DNA from: a virus
Direction: 5' to 3' (one strand)
Length of the DNA: 64,000 nucleotides
IMG/VR virus record: IMGVR_UViG_3300025362_000007
Location: 6,852 to 70,851 of that record
The number at the start of each line of letters is the position of its first letter. Position 1 is the stretch's first letter. The notes beneath the pieces are model-generated. The model was not told where the DNA came from, searched no databases, and worked only from the letters and a program-made list of their open reading frames with translations. Made by a program: the position numbers and the translations under genes. Shown here piece after piece: positions 26,541 to 38,300 of this stretch.

Positions 26541-26942
26541 ATGAAGAAAGTAATTATGACACTCATTATACTGATGTGTGTATTCCAATTATCCGCTACT
26601 GTATACAAACCATTGACTATGGAACAAGCAGATAATTATTTAGATTCAGTCAAATATGAGGTGGTAAGGGATCTAGTTATTAAATATGATGTACTAGAGC
26701 ACACAATACCACAACTCACTATACCACATATAGAATATCTATTGATTGACAATGATTTAGTAATTACCCCAGTGACAAACATACTAATCAAACACGGTAC
26801 TTTTAGTTGGTCAGTACCAATGAAACAAGATATTATTTATAGTTTCACTGAACCCCCTAAGAGTGGCATACCTATATTAGCATTAATAACTAGCGTAGCC
26901 TCGGCATTAGCCATAGGCTTTATTATAGGGGTAGGATTATGA
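26541..26942 (+). CDS. Exported protein with C-terminal membrane anchor
   Basis: Signal peptide MKKVIMTLIILMCVFQLSA; C-terminal hydrophobic helix; promoter TTGACA at 26492. Confidence 0.65.
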   Translation: MKKVIMTLIILMCVFQLSATVYKPLTMEQADNYLDSVKYEVVRDLVIKYDVLEHTIPQLTIPHIEYLLIDNDLVITPVTNILIKHGTFSWSVPMKQDIIYSFTEPPKSGIPILALITSVASALAIGFIIGVGL

Positions 26943-28141
26943 TAAAAAGTATTAGACTAAGGAATTTCCAAGCACACGTAGACACCACTATCAATTTCCA
27001 TAAAGGGGTAAATGCTATCACAGGCAAAACTGATAGTGGGAAAACAGCTTGCATAAGAGCATTAAAGTGGGTATTAACTAACAGACCAACAGGAGACAGT
27101 ATAGTAAACCACAGTGCCTTTGTTGATGGCAAGCAGATAGCCCCTTGTATCGTCACAATTGTCACAGATACCAGTATAGTGGAAAGAGAGAAATTTGGGG
27201 CAACTAACAAATATACTGGTACAGTTGGGGGCAAAAACTTTGAATTGGATAGTGGTGTAGCAGTTCCCCAAGAGGTAATAGATGCCCTTAACTTAGATGA
27301 GATAAATAGCCAATACCAACTAGATATGCCTTTCTTACTCACAGAGACAGCAGGGGAAGTAGCTAGGATGCTTAATAAAATTGTTAAGTTAGATGATATT
27401 GATTCTACACTAAAGAATATCAATGGCTATACAAAGATAAAAGCAGCAGATAAAAAACGTATAGAGTATGAGTTGGCACAGATTACAGAAGAGATAGATT
27501 CTATAAATTTAGATGGAATTACTACACTAGTAGAAACAGGCGAATTGTTAGAGGAAGTAGAGGCTGTTCTAGTAGAAAAAATAGGTAGAATAGATGCTTT
27601 GGATTTGGACATTAGAAGGGTACAAGATTCTTTGAAACAGAGTGCCCTCACAGCCTCGTCAGCCGCTTTTCTCGATGATTGGTACAAACTATACCTTTCA
27701 CACAAAGAAGTCCACCAGAGAGCCTCTACGGTGGATACATACATCAAGGATGCAAAGGCACTAGAAGCTAAAATTTTAGTACAAAAACCTTATACTAACA
27801 TTGCTGTATTTGCAACAGATAAATATGTGAAAAACTATACTGAGATTAAAACCCAACTTACATTATTAAATAGTTTAACTACAGAATTAAAGAAACTTAA
27901 AGTAAGGGTAAATAGTACAAAGAAACTAACTTCCATTAATACAAGCAACACAGATGAATTAGTGGGTAAATTACAGAGTACTAATAAAAATATAAAAGTG
28001 CTTGACACTGTATATAACGATGTGGTAAACTACACTAAGTCACTAAAAGAAGGCAAGGCTACTATTAAGAAAGAAGAACAAGAGATTAAAGAAATGATTG
28101 GTGATGTATGTCCCATATGTGGGCAAAAGGTGGGAGAATGA
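26939..28141 (+). CDS. SbcC/Rad50-like ATPase, N-terminal half ending at the zinc hook
   Basis: LRNFQAH, GKTDSGKT, coiled coil, terminal CPICG. Confidence 0.88.
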   Translation: MIKSIRLRNFQAHVDTTINFHKGVNAITGKTDSGKTACIRALKWVLTNRPTGDSIVNHSAFVDGKQIAPCIVTIVTDTSIVEREKFGATNKYTGTVGGKNFELDSGVAVPQEVIDALNLDEINSQYQLDMPFLLTETAGEVARMLNKIVKLDDIDSTLKNINGYTKIKAADKKRIEYELAQITEEIDSINLDGITTLVETGELLEEVEAVLVEKIGRIDALDLDIRRVQDSLKQSALTASSAAFLDDWYKLYLSHKEVHQRASTVDTYIKDAKALEAKILVQKPYTNIAVFATDKYVKNYTEIKTQLTLLNSLTTELKKLKVRVNSTKKLTSINTSNTDELVGKLQSTNKNIKVLDTVYNDVVNYTKSLKEGKATIKKEEQEIKEMIGDVCPICGQKVGE

Positions 28142-29016
28142 AATTTTTAGTGGGAAGTGATTTTCATTTTATGGATACTACCCCTAGATGTAGGGTAGAT
28201 AATTTTTATGCTACACAGGAAGAAAGAGTTAAATGGTTGGTAGAGCAAATTAACTTTCACAAATGTCCTTTGTTTGTTCCAGGAGATGTCTTGGACAAAG
28301 GATCGATCAGTCAAAAAATGGAGAATATGCTAATAAGGGAATTAAAGAAAACTAAATATCCTATCTACACTAGTGCTGGAAATCACGATATGAATTACCA
28401 TTCTATTGCACACCTAAAAACATCTAGTTATTGGGTGTTATATCAAGCAGGGGTAATACAACATGTAGAAAGTATGGAGTTTGAAGGTATGCAAGTAACT
28501 GCTTTTCAATACGGACAAAAGATAGAGAATGGAACAGGTATGGCTATGATACACACCTTAGTATTTCCGCACAACCCACCAGCATATCTGCCAACTGCTG
28601 TTAAGGCTCAAACCTTATTAGAGAAGTTTGATTATGACATCATATTAAGTGGTGATAATCATATGGCATTTGTTACAGAATATGAGGGTAAAATACTAAT
28701 TAATGGTGGAGGTATATTTAGGTTAACAGGGGATAAAAAACACACTACTCCTAAGATATATTTATATGAAGAGGGAGAAGTAACTGCTATAGATGTTCCC
28801 TATACCCTAGATAATGTGGAAGAAGAATATCTATTAGTAGAGAAAGCCAGAAATGATAGGATTACTGCATTTGTTGAAAGAGTAAAAGTAAGCCAAGAGA
28901 TAGGACTTAGTTTCACAGACAATATAAGAACGACATTAGATACAACGGAAGTAAGTAAAGAAGTGCAAGAGCTCATTTTTAGAGCTTTGAATAATACGTT
29001 AAAAGAGAAGGAGTGA
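28138..29016 (+). CDS. SbcD/Mre11-like nuclease
   Basis: SDFH, GDVLD, GNHD, GDNH. Confidence 0.88.
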   Translation: MKFLVGSDFHFMDTTPRCRVDNFYATQEERVKWLVEQINFHKCPLFVPGDVLDKGSISQKMENMLIRELKKTKYPIYTSAGNHDMNYHSIAHLKTSSYWVLYQAGVIQHVESMEFEGMQVTAFQYGQKIENGTGMAMIHTLVFPHNPPAYLPTAVKAQTLLEKFDYDIILSGDNHMAFVTEYEGKILINGGGIFRLTGDKKHTTPKIYLYEEGEVTAIDVPYTLDNVEEEYLLVEKARNDRITAFVERVKVSQEIGLSFTDNIRTTLDTTEVSKEVQELIFRALNNTLKEKE

Positions 29017-29255
29017 TTATGTTTGATGTACAAGAGTATGAAAAAAGAAAGAAGATTATTGCAAATAAGAAAGAGCAATTAGCTAGGGATGAAGGTAAGT
29101 TAGAGAGCTTACAGGAAAGATTGCAAACTGAGTTTAACTGTTCTGTAGAGGAAGCTCCCATTAAAAGGGAAGAACTTCTTACTAAGCAACAAAAGATTAG
29201 TTTAGAATTAGATAAAATAGAAAAGGAGCTAGATAAATATGATTGGAGCGTATAG
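29013..29255 (+). CDS. Coiled-coil protein, likely SbcC middle piece
   Basis: Charged heptad pattern between SbcD and the SbcC C-half. Confidence 0.55.
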   Translation: MIMFDVQEYEKRKKIIANKKEQLARDEGKLESLQERLQTEFNCSVEEAPIKREELLTKQQKISLELDKIEKELDKYDWSV

Positions 29256-29841
29256 GCTTAAACTAGAGAGAGAACACGGCTACAAAGGCACTTTAGTAAA
29301 AAGACAGAATACATACAAAGATACATTAGATGCCACTAAGCAAACGCTCATCTATGCAGAGGAAGCCCTAGCGTTCATTCAGAAAGTAGCACAAGCAACC
29401 CAAGGACAGGTGAAAGTGCACATAGAAGATATTATCACTATGGCATTGGAAACTATCATGGACAATCCTTACAAATTAGAATTAGACTTTGTCCCACGAA
29501 GAAACAAAACTGAATGTGATATTTACTTCGTAAGAGATGGGCAGAGGATAAAGCCTATAGAAGAAGCTGGTGGGGGAGCAGTAGACATTGCTAGTTTTGC
29601 TAGTAGAATAGCTCTATGGAGTTTAGGGACAACAGATAATGTGTTGGTATTTGATGAGCCATTTAGATTTGTGTCCAAGCAGTACCAATTAAAGGTAGCA
29701 GAATTATTAAGTAAATTGAGTGAGCAACTTGGCTTACAAATTATTATGGTAAGTCATAATGATAACTACATACAGCAAGCAGACTTAGTGCTAGAGGTAT
29801 ACAAAGATGGGCAAGTGTCAAAGGTAAAAGAGGGAGTATAG
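29239..29841 (+). CDS. SbcC/Rad50-like ATPase, C-terminal half
   Basis: Signature-like AGGG, Walker B VLVFDEPF, H-loop MVSH. Confidence 0.88.
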   Translation: MIGAYRLKLEREHGYKGTLVKRQNTYKDTLDATKQTLIYAEEALAFIQKVAQATQGQVKVHIEDIITMALETIMDNPYKLELDFVPRRNKTECDIYFVRDGQRIKPIEEAGGGAVDIASFASRIALWSLGTTDNVLVFDEPFRFVSKQYQLKVAELLSKLSEQLGLQIIMVSHNDNYIQQADLVLEVYKDGQVSKVKEGV

Positions 29842-30008
29842 TGTTTAAACTTATTTATGGAATGGGGTTGGTGCTTTTACTTACTATAGGGGCGATTAGA
29901 GGGTTGTTAGAAGCAGAAGAAAATGAAGATGTGTTTGCAGAACTAATCTCTTTTTTCTTATTTGTGCCATTCTTAATATGGATAACAATAAATTAAAGGA
30001 GTAGAAAA

Positions 30009-30251
30009 ATGAAATTAACAGTTATAGAAATTATATTAGAACTTGCAGAAAAAGAAGGGTGGGATATACTAACCAAAGATGAAAGAATTAATTTAACAAT
30101 TACGCTAGCGTATAAGAGTGAAGGAAGTATAAATTTAATTAGTGACAAACTTTCTTTAATTTTACTGCACTCTTTTAATTGGGAAAAGACATCTCAAAGT
30201 GTAGATTATTGGGATAAGTTACATAGTAAACTTGATGATGCGGGATACTAA
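30009..30251 (+). CDS. Hypothetical protein
   Basis: AAGGAGTAGAA RBS. Confidence 0.55.
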   Translation: MKLTVIEIILELAEKEGWDILTKDERINLTITLAYKSEGSINLISDKLSLILLHSFNWEKTSQSVDYWDKLHSKLDDAGY

Positions 30252-30261
30252 GGGGAATAAT

Positions 30262-30759
30262 ATGACATACAATGAATATCAAGAAGCAACAAAGACGGTA
30301 GAGATTAGACCACAGACAGCAACAGTTAATTTGAGACTAATGTGTTCTATCTGTGGGTTGTTAGAAGAGAAAGAAGAACTATTTACAGCAAACTCAGAAA
30401 GTGATATAGTAAAAGAAGCTGGGGACGTACTCTTCTATATAGCAAGCATTGCTATTGAAACAGGGATTACCATGGAAGAACTAAAGCAGAGATTTACAGA
30501 AATAGAAGTTGTTTCTTATGTGAACACTCTACCATTAAAAATACTAAAAAAAACTTACAGAGATATGGGTGGAGCAATGTCAAAAGAATATAAAAATAGG
30601 TTATGGGGTTATTTATCAATTACACTCTATGATATACTTGCGTTTTTAAGTGTTAATAGTATAGAAACTACTATAGAAGAGATAATGGAAATGAATATTG
30701 CTAAACTCCAAGATAGGCTTGCAAGAGGGGTTATCAAAGGAGATGGTGATACCAGATGA
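30262..30759 (+). CDS. MazG-like NTP pyrophosphohydrolase
   Basis: NEYQ, GLLEE, KEAGDVLFY, NIAKLQDR...GDGDTR. Confidence 0.85.
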   Translation: MTYNEYQEATKTVEIRPQTATVNLRLMCSICGLLEEKEELFTANSESDIVKEAGDVLFYIASIAIETGITMEELKQRFTEIEVVSYVNTLPLKILKKTYRDMGGAMSKEYKNRLWGYLSITLYDILAFLSVNSIETTIEEIMEMNIAKLQDRLARGVIKGDGDTR

Positions 30760-31160
30760 AAGTAATAACAAAACTAGATTATGAAATACTAAAACGTATT
30801 ACCCTCTTCCCTAGAGAAATATCTAGGGGGGACATTGTACGAGACATAAAACTAACATATTCTACAGGAGAATACGACAACTTAACTACAGCTAGTTTTG
30901 ATTCCATATTACTAAAGTACACCTACATCTTTCCCTTGGTAGAAGATAAATTAGTGCCAGATCATGCGTTCTTTATAAATCTATATGATGATGCAGACTG
31001 TATGCAATCTACACTAGAAGAGTTATCCTTAACATGGGTAAAAAATAACATAGGGAAGCCTATCGATATTGATGGTAATGAATATATAGACTTATTTGGA
31101 GGTAAACTTAACCAAAAAAACTCTACTTGGTATAAAACTAGTGATTTTCGTTTTTCTTAA
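30756..31160 (+). CDS. Hypothetical protein
   Basis: Last + strand gene; converges on the structural arm. Confidence 0.5.
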   Translation: MKVITKLDYEILKRITLFPREISRGDIVRDIKLTYSTGEYDNLTTASFDSILLKYTYIFPLVEDKLVPDHAFFINLYDDADCMQSTLEELSLTWVKNNIGKPIDIDGNEYIDLFGGKLNQKNSTWYKTSDFRFS

Positions 31161-31347
31161 TTTGGTCAGCAAACGCTTTGGCTTTAGGTGTATACTTGGC
31201 TATGGTGTTTGCTGCAATATATGCTACTGTAATAGTAGTAAATTGTCCTGCATCCAGCAAAGCAAACATAAACAATACTAAACAAATAACCCACAGTATA
31301 AATTTTTTAGGCAACATAGAGTTGAGAAAGTAACTTACTTTTTCCAT
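31138..31347 (-). CDS. Putative holin
   Basis: 69 aa, two hydrophobic segments, basic C-terminus, end of late arm. Confidence 0.5.
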   Translation of the reverse strand: MEKVSYFLNSMLPKKFILWVICLVLFMFALLDAGQFTTITVAYIAANTIAKYTPKAKAFADQIKKNENH

Positions 31348-31721
31348 TATAATACCCCCATAGCACTTAGAACAACACTTCCTACAGTAATTATAGCCAT
31401 AGTAATATAGAGTGTATCTTTTACTCTTAGTACTGTGGCTTTTGGTTTGTCTTTTATGTTTTGTATATGTATTGATAGATTGTCTAATTTGTTGTTAATT
31501 TGTATATTATTTTTTTCCAAATCGTTTACTCTGCGTTGAAGAATTTCCACTCCATTTTGTATTTTACCGCTCCACCCATTTCCTAGTTTTAAATATAACT
31601 GTTCTATTTGGTATCGTTGCTTTTCAGTTTCAACATGGTCAGTGTGGTATTTTTCTATAAGTTTTTGCACACCTTCTTCATTTTTAGTAATCTTTTCGTT
31701 TAATAGTTGTTGTGTTTCCAT
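31347..31721 (-). CDS. Coiled-coil protein with C-terminal TM helix (lysis-associated?)
   Basis: Heptads followed by LYITMAIITVGSVVLSAMGVL. Confidence 0.55.
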   Translation of the reverse strand: METQQLLNEKITKNEEGVQKLIEKYHTDHVETEKQRYQIEQLYLKLGNGWSGKIQNGVEILQRRVNDLEKNNIQINNKLDNLSIHIQNIKDKPKATVLRVKDTLYITMAIITVGSVVLSAMGVL

Positions 31722-31801
31722 TGCTTATCCTCTTATAGTAATTTTTGTACATGATAAGTTCTGGCTTCTGTTGAGTATTATATCAGATACTAAAAGAAAA
31801 A

Positions 31802-32191
31802 TCAAGGAAGGGTTGGCCAGATAATATCAGTTGGAAACCCTTCTTGCTGTGGGATATCTCTGAGTGCTTGGATGTACTCGTCAATATTTGTAATGTTATC
31901 TGTTGTAGTAATACCTAATCTTGTTTCACTCTCATAGCGTTGCACACGCCATACAGTGTCGTTGATAAGCTTACCACGAGTAGACTTAACTTGTTCTACT
32001 AACAATTCTTGTTGCAATGCTTCAAAGTCTAATACATCTTCTGGATGTTCTAAAACGTAAGCCCTCACATCTTCTATGTCATATTTGTTGTATGGGTCAA
32101 CTGATTTAGGTACTACATTGTATCCACCATTGCCATTTTCATCTGCGTTTATTACATAATCATTTTCATTGCGAATTATTGTGTATTTCAT
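31802..32191 (-). CDS. Tail fibre assembly chaperone
   Basis: YIQALRDIPQQEGFPTDIIWP motif. Confidence 0.85.
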   Translation of the reverse strand: MKYTIIRNENDYVINADENGNGGYNVVPKSVDPYNKYDIEDVRAYVLEHPEDVLDFEALQQELLVEQVKSTRGKLINDTVWRVQRYESETRLGITTTDNITNIDEYIQALRDIPQQEGFPTDIIWPTLP

Positions 32192-35100
32192 TATGATATC
32201 CTCCATACAATACCTGCTACATTCGTACTCTCATACGAATGTGTTGTTTGCTCATAAACAATGCTTCCTCCTGAAAGATAGTTATCAGAAAAAGTTGAAC
32301 CAAAAACACCCCCACTTGGAAGAGTGATACTTGCTGTGTTGTCGTCCCTTGAGATTACATTCCCATAGAATCTTTTCGTTTCCCCTATCACCATTGAGGA
32401 GAGTGTGTATGTTCTCGAAGAAATAGAGGGTAGATAAGTACTAACAGAGGCATCCTCTGATGTTACTCTATACACCTCATTCGCCCCAAATCCTGTATTA
32501 ACTGTTGCAAACTCAACATCACTAGTTGTTAATACATCTTGTCCAATTTCAAAATTACCTTGTCCTGTATTGATAGTAGCCATGTGACCAGTGCCCGTTA
32601 AGTATAAATCCCTATAAAACCTATCAACAAGCCCAGCAGGGGTAACTACACCAATTTGACCTAAATCATAGTCCCCATTTATTTTTGGGTACATATTAGT
32701 GGTTAATACCGCTTCTTTCTGCTCATAGGTCGCTATAGCTGACATTGCTAAAGTTAAATACACCCCTATTGTTGTACCAACCTGAAACTTATTTATTAAA
32801 ACTTCGCCCTCACTAGCTAAGAAAAATTGCACATAATTATCACTAACACGTACACCAGATAAAGCATCTCCGTTAATTGTTCCGTCTGTTTGTATATAAG
32901 TGGAAAGAGGGAAAGAAGAAAAGGCATCATAAACATCGGTACCAGATTTTCTATCCATAATACTAGTGACATTCCAAGCAGGAGAGGAAGTAGAAAATGC
33001 ATAATTTTGATATTTTGTTGCTGTGTTAGTCATAGGAAGAATTTCCGTAGTATTGTCAGATTTTAATGCCACAATACCTGTATAATACCCTATAGATTGT
33101 ACTCTTGTATAAGTTGCTGTCACACTTAAACCAAAGGTAAATGAACTGGCGTTCCAATACATTTTGATTACATCCCCAGGATGAAGATAAGTAGAACTTA
33201 TAGGTATACTATAATTTCCACCCCATGAACCACCACTATAAGTTAAAACTAGTGAACCACCCCTATATACATTAATAAAACTAATTCCAGCAAGGTGGTT
33301 TCCAGCATCAATTTTTATTTTTACATAATTGGCAGTCTCATCACCGTTCGGCATACCACTAGGTACTGTCCATTCTTTAATTAGTTGATTACTAGTACCA
33401 AGCCATTGAGTAACACTAATACTAGGGCCGAGAGACTCCGAATAAATTAACTGTTGATTTACTACCTTAGTAGCTTTTGTATAGCTCGAACTAAGGTAAG
33501 AAAAGGTAACGCTTTGCAATTCTCTCGATACATCAACGGGAAAATTAGCATAAAAATTAGCTTCACTCCATAATGTATTAGTTGGGCTTACAGCGCTTGC
33601 TGATAGCCCCGAATCAACCGTTTTCTGCGTACTCAAAGGATCTGATGTTATTAACCCTCTTATATCTGCACCAACTAAAAAAGCACCTACTGCTTTTAAT
33701 ATACCGTCAGCCTCTACTTTCATCCCCTGTGAGGGGATTCCATCAGTTTCTTCATAATGTACATTAAGTTCTTTTGTTATATATACTTTATTAGCATACA
33801 ATTTATCTAAAAAAGCAGTAGCAGCGTACATTGTTGTTTTTGAGTCTTTAGCTATGTCGAGTGCATCTGTCAAAAGTTCTCCTTGGATATACTTGTTTTC
33901 TAATGTATCATCCCAACTTTCCCCAACCCTTGCATATATGTGGTTTTCTGTAAAATCTGCATCAGTTGTGCCTATATAGAGGAAATAGTCACCATCAACA
34001 AGTGGTTCTCCATCTGCACCAGTATTCACATCTGGTTCTTCTTCTAATGTGCCTAAATATTCTCCTTTGATTGGGGTGGCATACATTTTCGTACTAGTAA
34101 TAGATGAAGTATATCCCCCACAAGTTACACTAACAATAACAGAATCGCCTACCATAGTAGTACAATCAAGTATTTGGTTATTATCATCAACCACAGAAAG
34201 TGTACCACTAGTTGTGCTCCATACAACATTGTCTATATCTAGTAATTTTACACCAACAGTAAACAAAATATCCGTAGTTAAAAGCACCCCTCTATCAGAT
34301 ATTTGAATAGCAGAACTATTTGAAATAAGTGTTAAGCCTCTTGCATCAAAGTCACTTATAGCTTCATCTAACTCTGCTTTAGCTAACAAATAAGTAGCAA
34401 CCACAGCTCTAAACGCTGATCCTATAATAGCAGTAGAAACAGTTAAATCATCTAAAATACTATTTGTGGAGACATATGTTATTAATGCATCATAAGCAGT
34501 TATGTAATCAGTTGTAGTTACATCTCTTGCATCGGCAAGTCTTATAGCAACTATGTATTCAGCTACAATAGAATCATATTGTATTTTGAATACTTGCTTC
34601 TCAGAAGGAGCAATCCGATTATCACTAGAAATATCTGCAACCATATTATATACGCCAGTGCCATCAGGTATTTCTCTAATACTATTAGGCACTTCTTCTA
34701 GTGAGATTACATCCACATAAAACACACCCCCAGATGAATCCAATATCATAGCAACTTCATCAGTGCCAGTAGGCATGTTACTAGGGTTATCTGCGGTAGT
34801 ACTTCCCTCTACAAAGGCACTCCCTGTCCCTGAGACAAAACCTATATATGTAGCATACGCATCTGTGAGTACTTCATCGTTTAAAGTAATTTTAGGATAG
34901 TTAGTTAATAAAGGATTCCCATCTTTATTGAGGAAGTTCTTCTCTTTGTAAGCAACTAAAGAGGCAGATAACGTATTTACGTTTCCAGTGTCCCTACGAG
35001 CCTTCACAGTGAGTTTCTTTAGTAAGTTGGGTACATAACTAGTCGGAGTGCCAAAGATGATTGTCTGCGCTCCTGTGAGCTTTAAAGCATACCCAGAAGA

Positions 35101-35349
35101 AGCAGTAACATCTTTCACTATTTCCATAGTAGAAGCACTATCCCCTGTTCCTATCATAGATAAGAAATCTATGTCTACTGTAGTGTTGTTTTCTGCTACG
35201 AAAGCTATTTTAGTATAATCTTTTAACGATAAGGATTGGCGTATTTCCCCCTCAGTTATTGTTAATGGGATTGCATTATTTAAAGCTACTGGTATTGACC
35301 CATCGCCTTGCAAATAATTATTATCTAAATTGTCATATTTCTTTATCAT
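32191..35349 (-). CDS. Tail fibre / receptor-binding protein
   Basis: 1052 aa, S/T/G-rich, between tail tip and fibre chaperone; SDNRIAPSEK motif. Confidence 0.7.
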   Translation of the reverse strand: MIKKYDNLDNNYLQGDGSIPVALNNAIPLTITEGEIRQSLSLKDYTKIAFVAENNTTVDIDFLSMIGTGDSASTMEIVKDVTASSGYALKLTGAQTIIFGTPTSYVPNLLKKLTVKARRDTGNVNTLSASLVAYKEKNFLNKDGNPLLTNYPKITLNDEVLTDAYATYIGFVSGTGSAFVEGSTTADNPSNMPTGTDEVAMILDSSGGVFYVDVISLEEVPNSIREIPDGTGVYNMVADISSDNRIAPSEKQVFKIQYDSIVAEYIVAIRLADARDVTTTDYITAYDALITYVSTNSILDDLTVSTAIIGSAFRAVVATYLLAKAELDEAISDFDARGLTLISNSSAIQISDRGVLLTTDILFTVGVKLLDIDNVVWSTTSGTLSVVDDNNQILDCTTMVGDSVIVSVTCGGYTSSITSTKMYATPIKGEYLGTLEEEPDVNTGADGEPLVDGDYFLYIGTTDADFTENHIYARVGESWDDTLENKYIQGELLTDALDIAKDSKTTMYAATAFLDKLYANKVYITKELNVHYEETDGIPSQGMKVEADGILKAVGAFLVGADIRGLITSDPLSTQKTVDSGLSASAVSPTNTLWSEANFYANFPVDVSRELQSVTFSYLSSSYTKATKVVNQQLIYSESLGPSISVTQWLGTSNQLIKEWTVPSGMPNGDETANYVKIKIDAGNHLAGISFINVYRGGSLVLTYSGGSWGGNYSIPISSTYLHPGDVIKMYWNASSFTFGLSVTATYTRVQSIGYYTGIVALKSDNTTEILPMTNTATKYQNYAFSTSSPAWNVTSIMDRKSGTDVYDAFSSFPLSTYIQTDGTINGDALSGVRVSDNYVQFFLASEGEVLINKFQVGTTIGVYLTLAMSAIATYEQKEAVLTTNMYPKINGDYDLGQIGVVTPAGLVDRFYRDLYLTGTGHMATINTGQGNFEIGQDVLTTSDVEFATVNTGFGANEVYRVTSEDASVSTYLPSISSRTYTLSSMVIGETKRFYGNVISRDDNTASITLPSGGVFGSTFSDNYLSGGSIVYEQTTHSYESTNVAGIVWRIS

Positions 35350-38300
35350 TTATACCTCTATCTCCGTTACTATATTATTATAATATGTAGTATCTACCTT
35401 TCCAATATTAATTGTAGTCAATCCAGTGGCGAAAGCCAAAGTAGCATCATCATAACCATAACTATCAGGGCCAAACCCGTAAGAATCAAACAAAGTATAC
35501 CCATAACTATCTCCTGTTTCTGTGTAATAATAATTTGTACCATCAATAGATAATGTAACTGTAGTAGCCCAATCTATCGTGAATACATGAGCCCCTTCTG
35601 CAAGCACCTGTGTACCTGCATATTCGCCACCAGTAGCCTTTATATAAATATATATCCCACCAGCCATTAGTTGCAGATTGATATAATTATCAGCATCACC
35701 GTAGAGTTGTAACATTCCATAGAACACACCCTCATCTGGCATATTACTAATTTCTGTGGTTAATTCCAACCTAGTACTCGTAATAGCAAATGTATCATAA
35801 TTAGCTGTGAATGTCCCACTAATATAAGGGGGTACAAATGCTGTTTCAGATAACATCCCATATTTAACTGAATCCATTGTTAAAGTTAAAGTTTCCCCTG
35901 TACTTACAAATACAAGTGGATTGCCATAACTAGCTACACCATATGAAGTTGTGATAGTACCCCTATAACATTGTATTACCACTGCCCCTGCTGATATAAC
36001 TACATCTTGTGTTGTGGGATTATCAGGGCTAACAACAAGGTTGGTATATGTTTCGCCCATATAACCACTCATCCCATATCTACCAACTATGTGAGCAGTA
36101 GTCATATTTCCACTAGTAATAACTTCGCTTAAACCACTTGCATCTACTGTTACAGCAGCTAGGTATTCTTCACTTTCCCAATCCACTTCATCGTCTACTA
36201 GTAATTCAGCTCTTGTAGCTTCTCCACTAGTAACTTCATAAGCAGTAGTCTGCAATAGGTTATAAGGTAAGGCACTGCCCCCAATATGTTCCCATCTGTG
36301 TTGAGGATTAGGTTCATTAAATGTGTCTGTGTTCAATAAATCAAAAGCAGAAGAACCTCTCAATCTCCAATCTATTTGCTCGAAGGACGTACTCACTCTT
36401 TTGGAAATAGCACAATCATATATTAGTGAACCTACTAACCACAAATCTCCCTCAGTATAAGGAGGGACTGGTCTAGTTTGAAATATTCTCACATTACTAC
36501 TGTTGTTTTGTACACTAATTATTTGAGATAGCGTGGCATCCACATCCCCATATGTAGATATATCTACTCTAGGAGTTTTTTCATTGGTAATAGTGAGTAG
36601 AGATTCCCACTCTGGTATTTGCCCCAAATCATACATAGTCTCATTATAAATTACTGCTGAAATTCTACCATTCCCATTCTCGTCATAAGTTATATCAGTA
36701 ATAAGGCAATCAACTACTTCTGCTTCTGCAATACCAAAACTAAATAAATCACCTGCTAAAATTTCTCCCTCTGGTACAGACTCGTTCAATATAAGTGTGT
36801 TAGTTTCTCCGTTGTAAGTATCTATTTTATATCTGTTGATAGTAGTTCCTGTTCTTACTACAATGCCATAGTTCTTACCAAGTTCCATCGTACACACTTC
36901 ATCAACCAATAAAGTAGAAATCAATCCCCCAACTATTGTAGTAGATTTTACTCTCCCTGTAGACAGCCCAAGTAAAGAAGCATCATGCTGAACTAGTATT
37001 CTATCGCCTCTGGTGGCTACAAGTGCATCCAAACTTACTGTAAATACGTATCCTCTATCTTGAAGAAGCCTAGAATTATACACATATTTACCTATAGCAT
37101 ATGCTTGAGCATAGTTGTCTATATATCCTAATGTTATAGGATCTGTTTTCTTTTCTATATCAGGAGGTATTTGAATTGTGTTTGTAGTATACACAGCTTC
37201 TTTATCAATAAAAGTAACCTCTATAGATTCGGGAATGTCTTCATAGCTTCTTGAAGCAGAAAAACTATCCGCTAACATATTTCTAGCAGTAAACATTTGC
37301 ACAGGTGTACTTCTTGGTATATCATGTATTACTGTATACTTCCCATCTATTATAGCAAATTCTGCTCTAGCTACTCCTACTATATTTTTTAATTCCTCTT
37401 GTAAAGTTGTCTCCGTACTTAACAATCCATTACATGAGTAATTTACCCCCACACTGCCATCAGGATTCACATCGGGGTTTCCTTTATCACACCATTCATA
37501 AAAAGCAACTAACGCAGGGAAGTTAAAGTGTAATGCATCAAAGGGTATAGGGTATTGGTTTAACAAAGGATTAGTTACAGCATCAATATACATACTAGCA
37601 GGATTGTGACTTTCTCTTACTATCCACTTATCTTCTTCATTAGCAGACACAATAGTAGAATCATATTCTTTTACCCATCTAGTAACTACAGTTTGCAAAT
37701 CAGTAATACTACCAGAAAGTTGCTCACTTGCTTTTATTTTAAGTGCCATAAGTACTAAGTTGCTAGCTACATCTGTGGCTACTGGATTTATATTGTTGCC
37801 GTCTGTATCTAGTTTGTATGTACGAACATTCAATAACGTCATATTATCAGAAATACCAGTACCAACATTATCAGTACTTGTCCTAGTAATTCTCATATCA
37901 TACCTACCTATTACAGGAAAGTATATGTGAGCTTCTCTTCGATATGCTTCTCTAGTTTTACCCTTTGCAGTATTAGTCTCAGCGACAATCCACTCAGTGT
38001 CAGTAACTTCTTTATACTCTATTGTGTATTTAACTGAGGTTGCTTCCATTTTGTTGCTGTTAGTTATTTCTATTAAACCACTCATAAACCCGATATTTAC
38101 AAATGCTTCTTTTACACTTGCAGGGGTGGTGTAAAATATAGGGGAATTATACATGCAAGATTGGTTTAATGAGGCTTGTGTTACTTGATGAGGGTAATTA
38201 TTAGGCATAGTTCCATCATACCTAAATTCAATAAATAAGTCAGAATAAATTCCTGTATTTTCTAAAAAACTAAAGGTAATGCTTTCAGTACCACTCACTA

